A stretch of DNA of 39,838 bases, taken from IMG/VR virus record IMGVR_UViG_3300017777_001079, positions 1 through 39,838 of that record; one strand, 5' to 3'. The stretch's first letter is position 1, and each line of letters starts with the position of its first letter. Made by a program: the position numbers and the translations under genes. Positions 1 to 7,397 of the stretch are shown piece by piece. The notes below the pieces were generated by a model. The model worked only from the letters and a program-made list of their open reading frames with translations, was not told the DNA's origin and searched no databases. This stretch comes from a virus. Lineage: Duplodnaviria > Caudoviricetes.

Positions 1-1
1 G

Positions 2-97
2 AACGGCTCATGGCTCGCCTATGACGCCCACGGGGCCATTGCGACCGCCCCAACATGGCGCGAGCTCTACGAGATAACCGGACATTGGTGGCAGTAA
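2..97 (+). CDS. 3' end of upstream gene (partial, hypothetical)
   Basis: Open frame NGSWLAYDAHGAIATAPTWRELYEITGHWWQ* whose TAA (95-97) directly abuts the terS GTG at 98. Confidence 0.5.
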   Translation, partial: NGSWLAYDAHGAIATAPTWRELYEITGHWWQ

Positions 98-568
98 GTG
101 CCGGTACTCAGGAATGCGCGCCACGAGCGCTTCGCTCAGGAACTGGCGAAGGGGAATTCGCAGACGGAATCCTATGCGCTGGCTGGGTTCAAGCCGAGTG
201 ACCAGAATGCCTCGCGCCTGACACGAAATGACAAGGTGCGCGCCCGCATCTCCGAGCTTCAGGAGCGCGCCGCCAAGATCGTGGAAACAACGGTCGCGGA
301 CATCGCCTCGCAGTTGGATGAGGACCGTACCCTCGCCCACAAGGTGAAGCACGCCGGAGCGGCGGTCTCCGCGAGTATGGGCAAAGCCCGCCTTTTCGGC
401 CTGGTGAAGGACAAGACCGAGCATTCCGGGACGATCCGGCACAAGCATGACCTGAGCGTGTATTCCGATGAACAGCTTGCGACCCTTCGAACTATCCTCC
501 GAGGAAGTCCCGCGGCTGGAGGAGATCGAGGCGGAAATCCGGCTGCGGGAGACGCGCCGCAACGTTGA
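98..568 (+). CDS. terS: Terminase small subunit
   Basis: N-terminal 'LRNARHERFAQELAKG..QTESYALAGF...ASRL...VRARISEL' HTH pattern typical of TerS; C-terminal 'DLSVYSDEQL'; directly upstream of terL. Confidence 0.9.
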   Translation: MPVLRNARHERFAQELAKGNSQTESYALAGFKPSDQNASRLTRNDKVRARISELQERAAKIVETTVADIASQLDEDRTLAHKVKHAGAAVSASMGKARLFGLVKDKTEHSGTIRHKHDLSVYSDEQLATLRTILRGSPAAGGDRGGNPAAGDAPQR

Positions 569-2096
569 CGCGATCCGGGCAACGCAGGCGAGGCGCGGAG
601 GGCTCTTAGAATTTGTCCGCTATTTTTGGCCCGTCTTGGAACCGCAAACCCGGCTGGTTGAGGGATGGCCCCTAGAGGCAATCTGTAAGCACCTGGAAGC
701 CGTGACGTTTGGCGACATTCGGCGCCTGCTGATGAACGTCCCGCCTGGATTTATGAAGTCGTTGCTCTCGAACGTGCTGTTTCCCGCGTGGGAATGGGGG
801 CCAATGAACCGGCCTCATGAGCGATACGTCACCTTTTCCTATTCTTCGACACTCACCGAGCGCGACAACGGGCGCTTCAAGGCGCTGATCACGTCTCCGG
901 AGTATCGGCTGTTGTGGGGTGATCGGTTCGATCCAGTGAAGATCGGTGAAACGCTGGTCAGTAATAATAAAACGGGGTGGAAGTTCGCCTCCTCCGTCGG
1001 AGGTACCGGCACCGGGTACCGCGGCACTCGGGTCATTCTTGACGATCCGCACGCGGTGAAGGACGCGGAGTCGGATCTCGTGCGAACCGGCACGGTGCGC
1101 TGGTTTCAGGAGACGATGGAGAACCGGCTTAACGATATGGCCGCCGACGCCATTATCGTGATTATGCAGCGCGTTCACGAATTGGACGTGTCTGGCGCCA
1201 TCACAAAAGAAGCGGGGTCGGACTACACGCACCTCTGCATCCCGTTCGAGTACGAGCCCGGAAGGAAGTGCAAAACCAAGATCGGATGGGAGGATCCCCG
1301 CACCGAGGACGGGCAGTCAGCGTGGCCTGAGCGGTTCCCGGACGCCTCAATGCTCACCTTCAAACGCCGGTCCTATATGTGGGCCGGCCAATACCAGCAG
1401 CGGCCGGAGCCGCGCGGCGGCGGCATCTTCAAGCGGGCCTGGTGGAAGAACTGGAACGACAAGACCGCGGCGACCTTTGGGGTGAAGCCCGGGTATCTGC
1501 CGAGTTTCAGCTACGTGCTCGGCATTCTCGACACGGCCTATACCGAGAAAGAGGAAAACGATCCCTGCGCGATGACGGTCTGGGGCCTCTTCACCGATCC
1601 GAAGGGCAACCCGAACGTGATGCTGGTCAACTCCTGGGAGGAATGGCTCGAGTTCAATCCGCTGGTCGAGAAGACGGCCAAGAGCGCGAAGGATTTCAAG
1701 GTCGACCGGCTGCTGATCGAGGCCAAGGCCTCTGGCATTTCGGTGGCGCAGGAGCTGGCGCGCCGCTACGCGCATTCGGGCTTCTCGATCGAGCTTGCCG
1801 ACCCCGGGAAGAGTGACAAGGTCGCCCGGGCCTATGCTCAAACCTATGCCTTCGAGGAGGGATTGGTCTGGGCGCCGGGCTTCGACGACGGCACTTGGCG
1901 CAAATGGGCCGAGCGCGTGATCGACCAGATGGGGGCGTTCCCGAAGTCGACCCATGACGATCTGACCGACACCGCGACCATGGGTCTGAAGTATCTACGC
2001 GACCTCGGGATGCTTCTTCGCAACGAGGAGCACGCCCGGGACGTCGCCGACGCCATGGCCTACAAGGGGCGGCAAAGGCCTCTTTATCAGGTTTGA
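468..2096 (+). CDS. terL: Terminase large subunit
   Basis: Walker A-like 'LMNVPPGFMKS', Walker B 'VILDDPH', 'IMQRVHE', 'AGQYQQRP', nuclease acidic motifs 'LDTAY' and 'HDDLTD'. Exact start is uncertain (overlaps terS). Confidence 0.97.
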   Translation: MNSLRPFELSSEEVPRLEEIEAEIRLRETRRNVDAIRATQARRGGLLEFVRYFWPVLEPQTRLVEGWPLEAICKHLEAVTFGDIRRLLMNVPPGFMKSLLSNVLFPAWEWGPMNRPHERYVTFSYSSTLTERDNGRFKALITSPEYRLLWGDRFDPVKIGETLVSNNKTGWKFASSVGGTGTGYRGTRVILDDPHAVKDAESDLVRTGTVRWFQETMENRLNDMAADAIIVIMQRVHELDVSGAITKEAGSDYTHLCIPFEYEPGRKCKTKIGWEDPRTEDGQSAWPERFPDASMLTFKRRSYMWAGQYQQRPEPRGGGIFKRAWWKNWNDKTAATFGVKPGYLPSFSYVLGILDTAYTEKEENDPCAMTVWGLFTDPKGNPNVMLVNSWEEWLEFNPLVEKTAKSAKDFKVDRLLIEAKASGISVAQELARRYAHSGFSIELADPGKSDKVARAYAQTYAFEEGLVWAPGFDDGTWRKWAERVIDQMGAFPKSTHDDLTDTATMGLKYLRDLGMLLRNEEHARDVADAMAYKGRQRPLYQV

Positions 2097-2229
2097 GGGC
2101 TGTTTTCGGGCTGACCGGTCGAATCTCGACCCAATAGGAAGCCCGCTGGTTCGTTATTCCGGTCACCCCCTTAGTCTGGTGACCCCGAAATTGACGACCG
2201 GTGTCGATGGCGAGGGAATAAGTGGAATA

Positions 2230-2346
2230 GGTGAAGTCAGTGAAAATCCATTTTCTCCACAAGCACCCGAATGCCCCTCAAATATCCATTTATGGATCGC
2301 AAAATGCGTGCGCGCGTAGAGATAATAGATTTTCACTGACTTCACC
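2230..2346. repeat. 31-bp imperfect inverted repeat (19-bp perfect core) with 9-bp periodic subrepeats
   Basis: 2230-2260 GGTGAAGTCAGTGAAAATCCATTTTCTCCAC versus reverse complement of 2316-2346 GGTGAAGTCAGTGAAAATCTATTATCTCTAC (28/31), with a 55-bp spacer. Confidence 0.95.
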
Positions 2347-2436
2347 GATCACACTGATTGTGCCAGCCGAAGCCGTGGCGACCTTTGGCGAGGCTAGAAT
2401 CCTACTGAATTCGGAACTGGACCGGGGACCATAGCT

Positions 2437-2541
2437 ATGACCCGCCCCGTAATCATTGCCTCCGGCTCATGCCCACTGCCCAAGCGCGGGCTATCACGCG
2501 CTGAGGCAGCAAATTATATCGGCGTCTGGGGCTGCGTCTAA
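2437..2541 (+). pseudogene. Truncated excisionase/AlpA-like winged-HTH fragment
   Basis: MTRPVIIASGSCPLPKRGLSRAEAANYIGVWGCV*. 'P.RGLSR.EAA.YIGV' resembles the first helix of alphaproteobacterial Xis-like proteins, but the ORF stops before the recognition helix. Confidence 0.6.
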
Positions 2542-2608
2542 AAGGTAGGATTCCCCAACCTTAAGGCTCGTACGCGAGAGATTTCAAACTCTTAGAAAGT
2601 CCTGTCCG

Positions 2609-2631
2609 GCCGTCCCTCGGGGCGGCTTTTT
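2609..2631 (+). terminator. Intrinsic terminator
   Basis: GCCGTCC-CTCG-GGGCGGC stem-loop followed by TTTTT. Confidence 0.75.
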
Positions 2632-2647
2632 CATTGGAGCGTACCGC

Positions 2648-2998
2648 ATGACCTCGACCGATCCCCTCGCAGCGGCGAAGCCGACCCTTTCGCTCAACCC
2701 CGGCGAATGGCAGGCGCTCGCCATCACCAACGCGAACCAGCTCAGCCACTTCCTCGGGACCATCCAGGCCCCGACCGAAGCGGCGCTGCTCGAGATCGAC
2801 GGCCACCTGATCCGGCTGCGGTCGTTCCTGCAGGCGTGGCGTCGCAGCGTGCCGGCCGCATCGGTTGCGGCCGCGGCTCCCGCGCAGCCCGCCGAAGCCG
2901 CCCCGGGCTCCAACGGCGCGGCGAAGCCCAAGCGCAAGGGTGGCTGGCCCGCCGGCAAGAAGCGAACCCCGAAACCCGCTCAGCCGGAGATGCAGTGA
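2648..2998 (+). CDS. Hypothetical protein with Ala/Pro linker and basic 'RKGGWPAGKKR' tail
   Basis: GGAG RBS upstream, GC-biased codons, TGATG overlap with the next ORF. Confidence 0.8.
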   Translation: MTSTDPLAAAKPTLSLNPGEWQALAITNANQLSHFLGTIQAPTEAALLEIDGHLIRLRSFLQAWRRSVPAASVAAAAPAQPAEAAPGSNGAAKPKRKGGWPAGKKRTPKPAQPEMQ

Positions 2999-3147
2999 TG
3001 GAGTTCGACAGCCGCGAGGCGCTCGACCGCTATTACCGCACGGCGCAGCAGATCGAGGCGCTGCGCTTCCGGCCGGTGTCGAGCATCCGGTCGGTCCTGA
3101 TGCGGTCGGTTTCGGTCTACGCCCTCATGGCCGCGCGAGCCGCATAG
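2998..3147 (+). CDS. Small hypothetical protein (49 aa, MEFDSREALDRYY...)
   Basis: ATG overlaps the previous stop (TGATG); fills the gap to the next ORF. Confidence 0.6.
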   Translation: MEFDSREALDRYYRTAQQIEALRFRPVSSIRSVLMRSVSVYALMAARAA

Positions 3148-3151
3148 ACAG

Positions 3152-3361
3152 ATGGCCTCCCCCTTCACTCATGGAGCCAACGTAGTCCTCAGATTTTGCG
3201 ATGGCGCGCAGTTCGACCGGACCATCGCCAAGGTGCTCCCGGGCGGCGAGTTCAAACTGGTAGGCGGCGACCACGACCTGTGGTCACCACGCTATGCCGA
3301 GGGCAAATGGTCGGCTTCGCGTACCGGACGAGACGGGACCGCAGTCCCGGAGGGCTCATAG
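3152..3361 (+). CDS. Small hypothetical protein (69 aa)
   Basis: Packs between neighbours with 4-nt gaps; no recognisable motif. Confidence 0.55.
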   Translation: MASPFTHGANVVLRFCDGAQFDRTIAKVLPGGEFKLVGGDHDLWSPRYAEGKWSASRTGRDGTAVPEGS

Positions 3362-3365
3362 GTCT

Positions 3366-5837
3366 ATGGCAATCTCACCCCTCGCCAACGTGCTCCGGCT
3401 ACCGGAGCCCGAACGAGCCCCGCTGCCTGACGCGGCGGACATCGTGCTGGACGAGGCGGGCGCCGACGCGCGCATGGAAGACGGGGCCCTGGTCACCGAA
3501 CTGGCCGACGGCGCCGCGGTGGTCGACCTCAATCCGAAAACCGGTTCCCAAAAGGCGAAGTCCGACAAGTTCGACGCGAACCTCGCCGAGGAGATGGACG
3601 AGAGCGACCTCAACACCATCGCCTCAGAACTGCTGCAGGGCATCGAGCAAGACGATCAATCCCGCACGGAATGGCTCCAGACCCATGCCGAGGGCATCAA
3701 GCTGCTCGGCCTCGTGGTCGAGGACAATTCCGGGAGCGCGGGCGGTGACGCGGCCCCGCTCGACGGCATGTCGACCGCGCGCGATCCGCTCCTGCTCGAG
3801 GCCGTTCTGCTGTTCCAGGCGATAGCGCGGGGCGAGCTTTTGCCGGCGGCCGGCCCCGTCAAGGTGCGCGACGACCGGCCGGATGAGCCTGAGATGCCCG
3901 AGCCAGAGCCGGGCATGGGACACAACGGCGGGCCCGCGCTCGACGGCGCGCCGATCACAATGCCCGGGCAAATCCCGGCCATGCCGCCCGCGGCCGCTCT
4001 TCCACCGCCTCCCGCGCCTCCGCCCGTGCCGAGCATGGTGCCGGGCCTCCCGATGCCGACGCCAGGCGTCCCGAAGGAGCCCGACCGCGACAATCTCGCC
4101 AACGCGCTGGAGAAGGATTTCAACCACTACCTGACCGTCACCGCCAAGGAATACGTGCCCGACACCGACCGCATGCTGTTCTCGGTCGGGTTCGGCGGGC
4201 AGGGCGTGAAGAAGGTCTACAACTGCCCGATCCGGCGCCGCCCGGTGTCCGAAAGCATCGCGATGGAGGACTTCATCGTCTCCAACGCGCTCACCGACCT
4301 CGGCAACGCCGCGCGCATCACCCACAAGATCAAGATGCGGCCGAGCATCCTGAAGCGGATGCAATTGCTCAATGCCTATCGTGACACGCCCGTCGGCGAG
4401 CCCACGGGCTCGGAGCAGCCGAATGCGGTGGAGCAGGCCAAGGCCAACGTGATCGGCGTCACGGTGCAGCCCGTCGACCCGAAGGACGCCAATTTCATCG
4501 TCTACGAATGCTATTGCGAATTGGACATCGACGAATTCGCCCCGAGGCAATTTAAGGGCAAGGGCCTACCGCTTCCCTACAAGGTGACGATCGAAAAGGA
4601 GAGCGAGAAGGTCCTCGAGATCCGGCGCAATTGGAAGGAAGACGACGAGCAGGCGATGGCGAAGGAGTTCTTCGTCGAATTCCCGTATGACAAGGCGTTC
4701 GGCTGGTACGGCATCGGCCTCCTGCACATCCTCGGCAATCTCACCAAGGCGCTGACCGCGGCGCTTCGCATCACGCTCGACGGCGGGATGTTCTCGAACT
4801 TCCCGGGCTTCCTGTACGCGAAGGGCGCCGGGCGGCAATTGAGCAATCAATTCCGCGTCCCGCCAGGCGGCGGGATTGGCCTCGACGTCGGCCTGCAGAA
4901 GCTCTCCGACGCCGTGATGCCGTTGCCCTACAAGGAGACGTCGCCGTCCTTCACCGCGTTCATCGCGCAATTGCGGGAATTGGGACAGCGGGTCGGCGGC
5001 ACCGCGAACACCAATGTCGGCGAAGGCCGCCAGGACGCGCCGGTAGGCACCACGATCGCGCTGATCGAGCAGGCCATGAAGCCCGTAGGCGCGGTGCTGA
5101 AGCGCCTGCACACCGCTCAATCCAAGGAATTGCAATTGCTCAAGGAGCGCTTCCGGGACGATCCGGAGGCGTTCTGGCGCTTCAATCGCCGCCCCACGCG
5201 GCCTTGGCAGAAAGAGCAATTTATCCAGGCGCTGGACGATCTCGACCTCGTCCCGGTGTCGGACCCGAACAACCCGACCAAGATGCACCGCGCAGGCAAG
5301 GCGCAGGCGGTGGTGCAGTTCGATGCAGGCAAGCCCGGCTTCCTCGACCCCAAGAAGGTTTGGGCGGAGTTCGCAAGCGGCATCGAGTTGGACGATCCCG
5401 ACAGCTATCTCGCCCCGCCGATGCCGATCCAGCCGCCTCCGGTCGACCAGGGCAAGCTCGCGACCGCGCAGGCGAAGATGAAGGGCGACGAGATCAAGGC
5501 GCAGACCGAGTTGTCCAAGGCGCAGATGAGTGCCCAGGAAGCGGCGGAGGCCCGCGAAGGCCGCATCCGCGAACTGGAAATGAAGATCGAGCTTGAGCAA
5601 TTGCGCGCCGAGGCCAAGCTCGAAGCCGAGCAATTGAAGATCGCCGGGCAATTGGCGGTCGCGGCGGAGAAGGCCGACCAGGCGGACCGCCACAAGGCGC
5701 TCGACTTGGCCTCGACCCATCACCTGACCGAAGGCGAGCGCGAGCACAAAGCCGAGCTTGCCCGCGAAGCCAACCGCGTGAAGGAAAAGACCGCGGCCGC
5801 AAAGCGCGCGGCCAAACCGAAGGCGAAAAAGTCATGA
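3366..5837 (+). CDS. Portal protein
   Basis: 'FDANLAEEMDE..L..IASELLQGIEQDDQSRTEW', 'GWYGIGLLHILG', 'DAPVGTTIALIEQ' motifs of large podovirus-type portals; C-terminal coiled-coil barrel. Start taken at ATG 3366 (MAISPL), just after the previous stop. Confidence 0.92.
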   Translation: MAISPLANVLRLPEPERAPLPDAADIVLDEAGADARMEDGALVTELADGAAVVDLNPKTGSQKAKSDKFDANLAEEMDESDLNTIASELLQGIEQDDQSRTEWLQTHAEGIKLLGLVVEDNSGSAGGDAAPLDGMSTARDPLLLEAVLLFQAIARGELLPAAGPVKVRDDRPDEPEMPEPEPGMGHNGGPALDGAPITMPGQIPAMPPAAALPPPPAPPPVPSMVPGLPMPTPGVPKEPDRDNLANALEKDFNHYLTVTAKEYVPDTDRMLFSVGFGGQGVKKVYNCPIRRRPVSESIAMEDFIVSNALTDLGNAARITHKIKMRPSILKRMQLLNAYRDTPVGEPTGSEQPNAVEQAKANVIGVTVQPVDPKDANFIVYECYCELDIDEFAPRQFKGKGLPLPYKVTIEKESEKVLEIRRNWKEDDEQAMAKEFFVEFPYDKAFGWYGIGLLHILGNLTKALTAALRITLDGGMFSNFPGFLYAKGAGRQLSNQFRVPPGGGIGLDVGLQKLSDAVMPLPYKETSPSFTAFIAQLRELGQRVGGTANTNVGEGRQDAPVGTTIALIEQAMKPVGAVLKRLHTAQSKELQLLKERFRDDPEAFWRFNRRPTRPWQKEQFIQALDDLDLVPVSDPNNPTKMHRAGKAQAVVQFDAGKPGFLDPKKVWAEFASGIELDDPDSYLAPPMPIQPPPVDQGKLATAQAKMKGDEIKAQTELSKAQMSAQEAAEAREGRIRELEMKIELEQLRAEAKLEAEQLKIAGQLAVAAEKADQADRHKALDLASTHHLTEGEREHKAELAREANRVKEKTAAAKRAAKPKAKKS

Positions 5838-6094
5838 GCTACAAGAAGGAATCTGCGGCCTCGCGCGCCTCGAAGAGGGCGGGGTATGCAGCGGGTGGTG
5901 TCGTGGAGCCAGAGAGGCGAAATCCCCGCGCGCTCGGCGACATGGACATCCCTGTTCGTTCGGACCCACCGCAAGGCCTCACAACCGACGACGGCTTCGA
6001 CCGCGAAAACGACGCCTATTTCAACGCCAAGCAAATCCGAAGCGAGAACAGCCGTGTGCGCCGCTATCGCAGCGGCGGCCGGGTGAAATCCTAA
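5834..6094 (+). CDS. Small basic virion-associated protein with two YxxGGxV motifs
   Basis: ATGA overlap with the portal stop; contains 'GYAAGGVV' and 'RYRSGGRV'. Confidence 0.75.
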   Translation: MSYKKESAASRASKRAGYAAGGVVEPERRNPRALGDMDIPVRSDPPQGLTTDDGFDRENDAYFNAKQIRSENSRVRRYRSGGRVKS

Positions 6095-6109
6095 CCAGGA
6101 GCAATTGCC

Positions 6110-6274
6110 ATGAAGTCCACCAAATACGTCGGCGAGTCCCAGAAGGCCAGCACCGCGGCGCGCGCGGAGAGCGGCAAGCAGGCATCCGCCAAAGCCCCGA
6201 AGATGACGGCGGGCGCGGCGAGCGGTCCCGGCCGGCTCCAGAAGGCCAAGGCCTACGGCAAGAACGCGAAGTAA
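6110..6274 (+). CDS. Small basic protein (54 aa), not in the ORF track
   Basis: AGGAG RBS at 6097-6101; MKSTKYVGESQKASTAARAESGKQASAKAPKMTAGAASGPGRLQKAKAYGKNAK*; GC-biased codons; ends 3 nt before the next start. Confidence 0.8.
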   Translation: MKSTKYVGESQKASTAARAESGKQASAKAPKMTAGAASGPGRLQKAKAYGKNAK

Positions 6275-6277
6275 GCC

Positions 6278-6514
6278 GTGCCCGCGTTCGAGAACTCCTC
6301 GAACATCGCCAGCGCGGATTACGACCCGGCCGCGCAAAAGCTGACGGTCACGTTCCGCAATGGCGGCCAGTACGCCTATGCGGGAGTGCCCCAGGACGTG
6401 TTCAACGAGATGAAGTCGGCCGAGAGCGTCGGCAGCTACTTCCACACCAGCGTGCGCGGGGCCTACGAGGCCGCGAAGATCGAACCGGAGCCAGTCACCG
6501 AAAAGGGAGCGTGA
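6278..6514 (+). CDS. KTSC domain protein
   Basis: 'SSNIASADYD....LTVTFRNGGQYAYAGVP..VF..M..AESVGSYF' matches the KTSC pattern. Confidence 0.9.
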   Translation: MPAFENSSNIASADYDPAAQKLTVTFRNGGQYAYAGVPQDVFNEMKSAESVGSYFHTSVRGAYEAAKIEPEPVTEKGA

Positions 6515-6783
6515 GCGTGAAACACGTTGAAACAGTCGTGAGGGCCGTCATCGACGCCGGCGCGCATAAGGCCACGAAATTTATCAGTCCGAAGCTCGTC
6601 ATTCGGGCCACGCAGCGTCTTTATCGGCGCAAGGCCGCGGCTAAGCGTGACGACGCCGATATCGTTTTGACCATCGGCCGCCCGAACTATGCCGAGCGGA
6701 AGTTCATCGCCGCCTGCAAGAAAAGCAGCGAGCCGTTCCCGGTCCGCAAGGTGCAACTCAAGTTCCCGCCGAAGCGCAAATGA
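6511..6783 (+). CDS. Hypothetical basic protein
   Basis: GTGA and ATGA overlaps at the two ends; GGGAG RBS. Confidence 0.75.
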   Translation: MSVKHVETVVRAVIDAGAHKATKFISPKLVIRATQRLYRRKAAAKRDDADIVLTIGRPNYAERKFIAACKKSSEPFPVRKVQLKFPPKRK

Positions 6784-6977
6784 GCGCGATCGTCGACTCC
6801 GAACTGGCCGAAAAGCTCGTCGAAGAGATCGACCAGATCGTCAAGGATGGCACTGAGAGCCTCGCCTCCGGCTATTCCTACGAGAAGTACCAACAGTCGT
6901 GCGGGTTTATCGAGGCAATGCGCCAGGTGCGCCACGCCCTCATCCCGCGGATCCTTGAAGAACTCCAGAAGAGGTGA
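6780..6977 (+). CDS. Small helical hypothetical protein preceding GroES
   Basis: Overlapping start/stop codons; 'LASG..YEKYQ..CG.IEAM' pattern resembles small proteins seen upstream of phage groES genes. Confidence 0.8.
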   Translation: MSAIVDSELAEKLVEEIDQIVKDGTESLASGYSYEKYQQSCGFIEAMRQVRHALIPRILEELQKR

Positions 6978-7390
6978 AGCGTATGTCCGCTAAGCTTATG
7001 GAAATCGCCACGGCCGCAGACCCTCGCAAGGGCATTCAGAAGGCGGCTGGCGATCTCGGCAACGTCTGCCTGTTCTCCGGCCGCGTGCTGGTGGCGATCT
7101 ACATCGCCCCGGAGAAGACCGCAGGCGGCATTTACCGGCCGCAGGCCAATATCCGCGAGGACATCTACCAGGGCGTCGTCGGTCTCGTGCTCAAGAAGGG
7201 CGCGATGGCTTTCAAGGACGACGAGGCCAACAAGTTTCACGGTCAGGACGTGCAGGTCGGCGATTGGGTGACGTTCCGCCCCGGCGACGCCAAGCGCATC
7301 CAGATCAACGGCGTCGATTGCCGCATTGTCGAGGACGTTCTGATCGACATGGTGATCGCCGACCCCGAAATTATCACGCATCGGAAGTGA
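6974..7390 (+). CDS. groES: GroES/Cpn10-like co-chaperonin
   Basis: 'RVLV....PEKTAGGIY.P' mobile loop, 'G.VL..G', 'VQVGDWVTF', 'INGVDCRIVED'. Start is GTG 6974 or ATG 6983. Confidence 0.88.
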   Translation: MKRMSAKLMEIATAADPRKGIQKAAGDLGNVCLFSGRVLVAIYIAPEKTAGGIYRPQANIREDIYQGVVGLVLKKGAMAFKDDEANKFHGQDVQVGDWVTFRPGDAKRIQINGVDCRIVEDVLIDMVIADPEIITHRK

Positions 7391-7397
7391 GGGCGTC

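Noticed and set aside
2376-2400. Sigma54- or sigma70-type promoter before the xis-like fragment
   Set aside because: TAGAAT is -10-like, but there is no convincing -35 and the GG/GC spacing is one base short for sigma54.
2163-2434. Two opposite-strand ORFs both starting MKSVKI
   Set aside because: A by-product of the inverted repeat; atypical codon use and no recognisable protein features.
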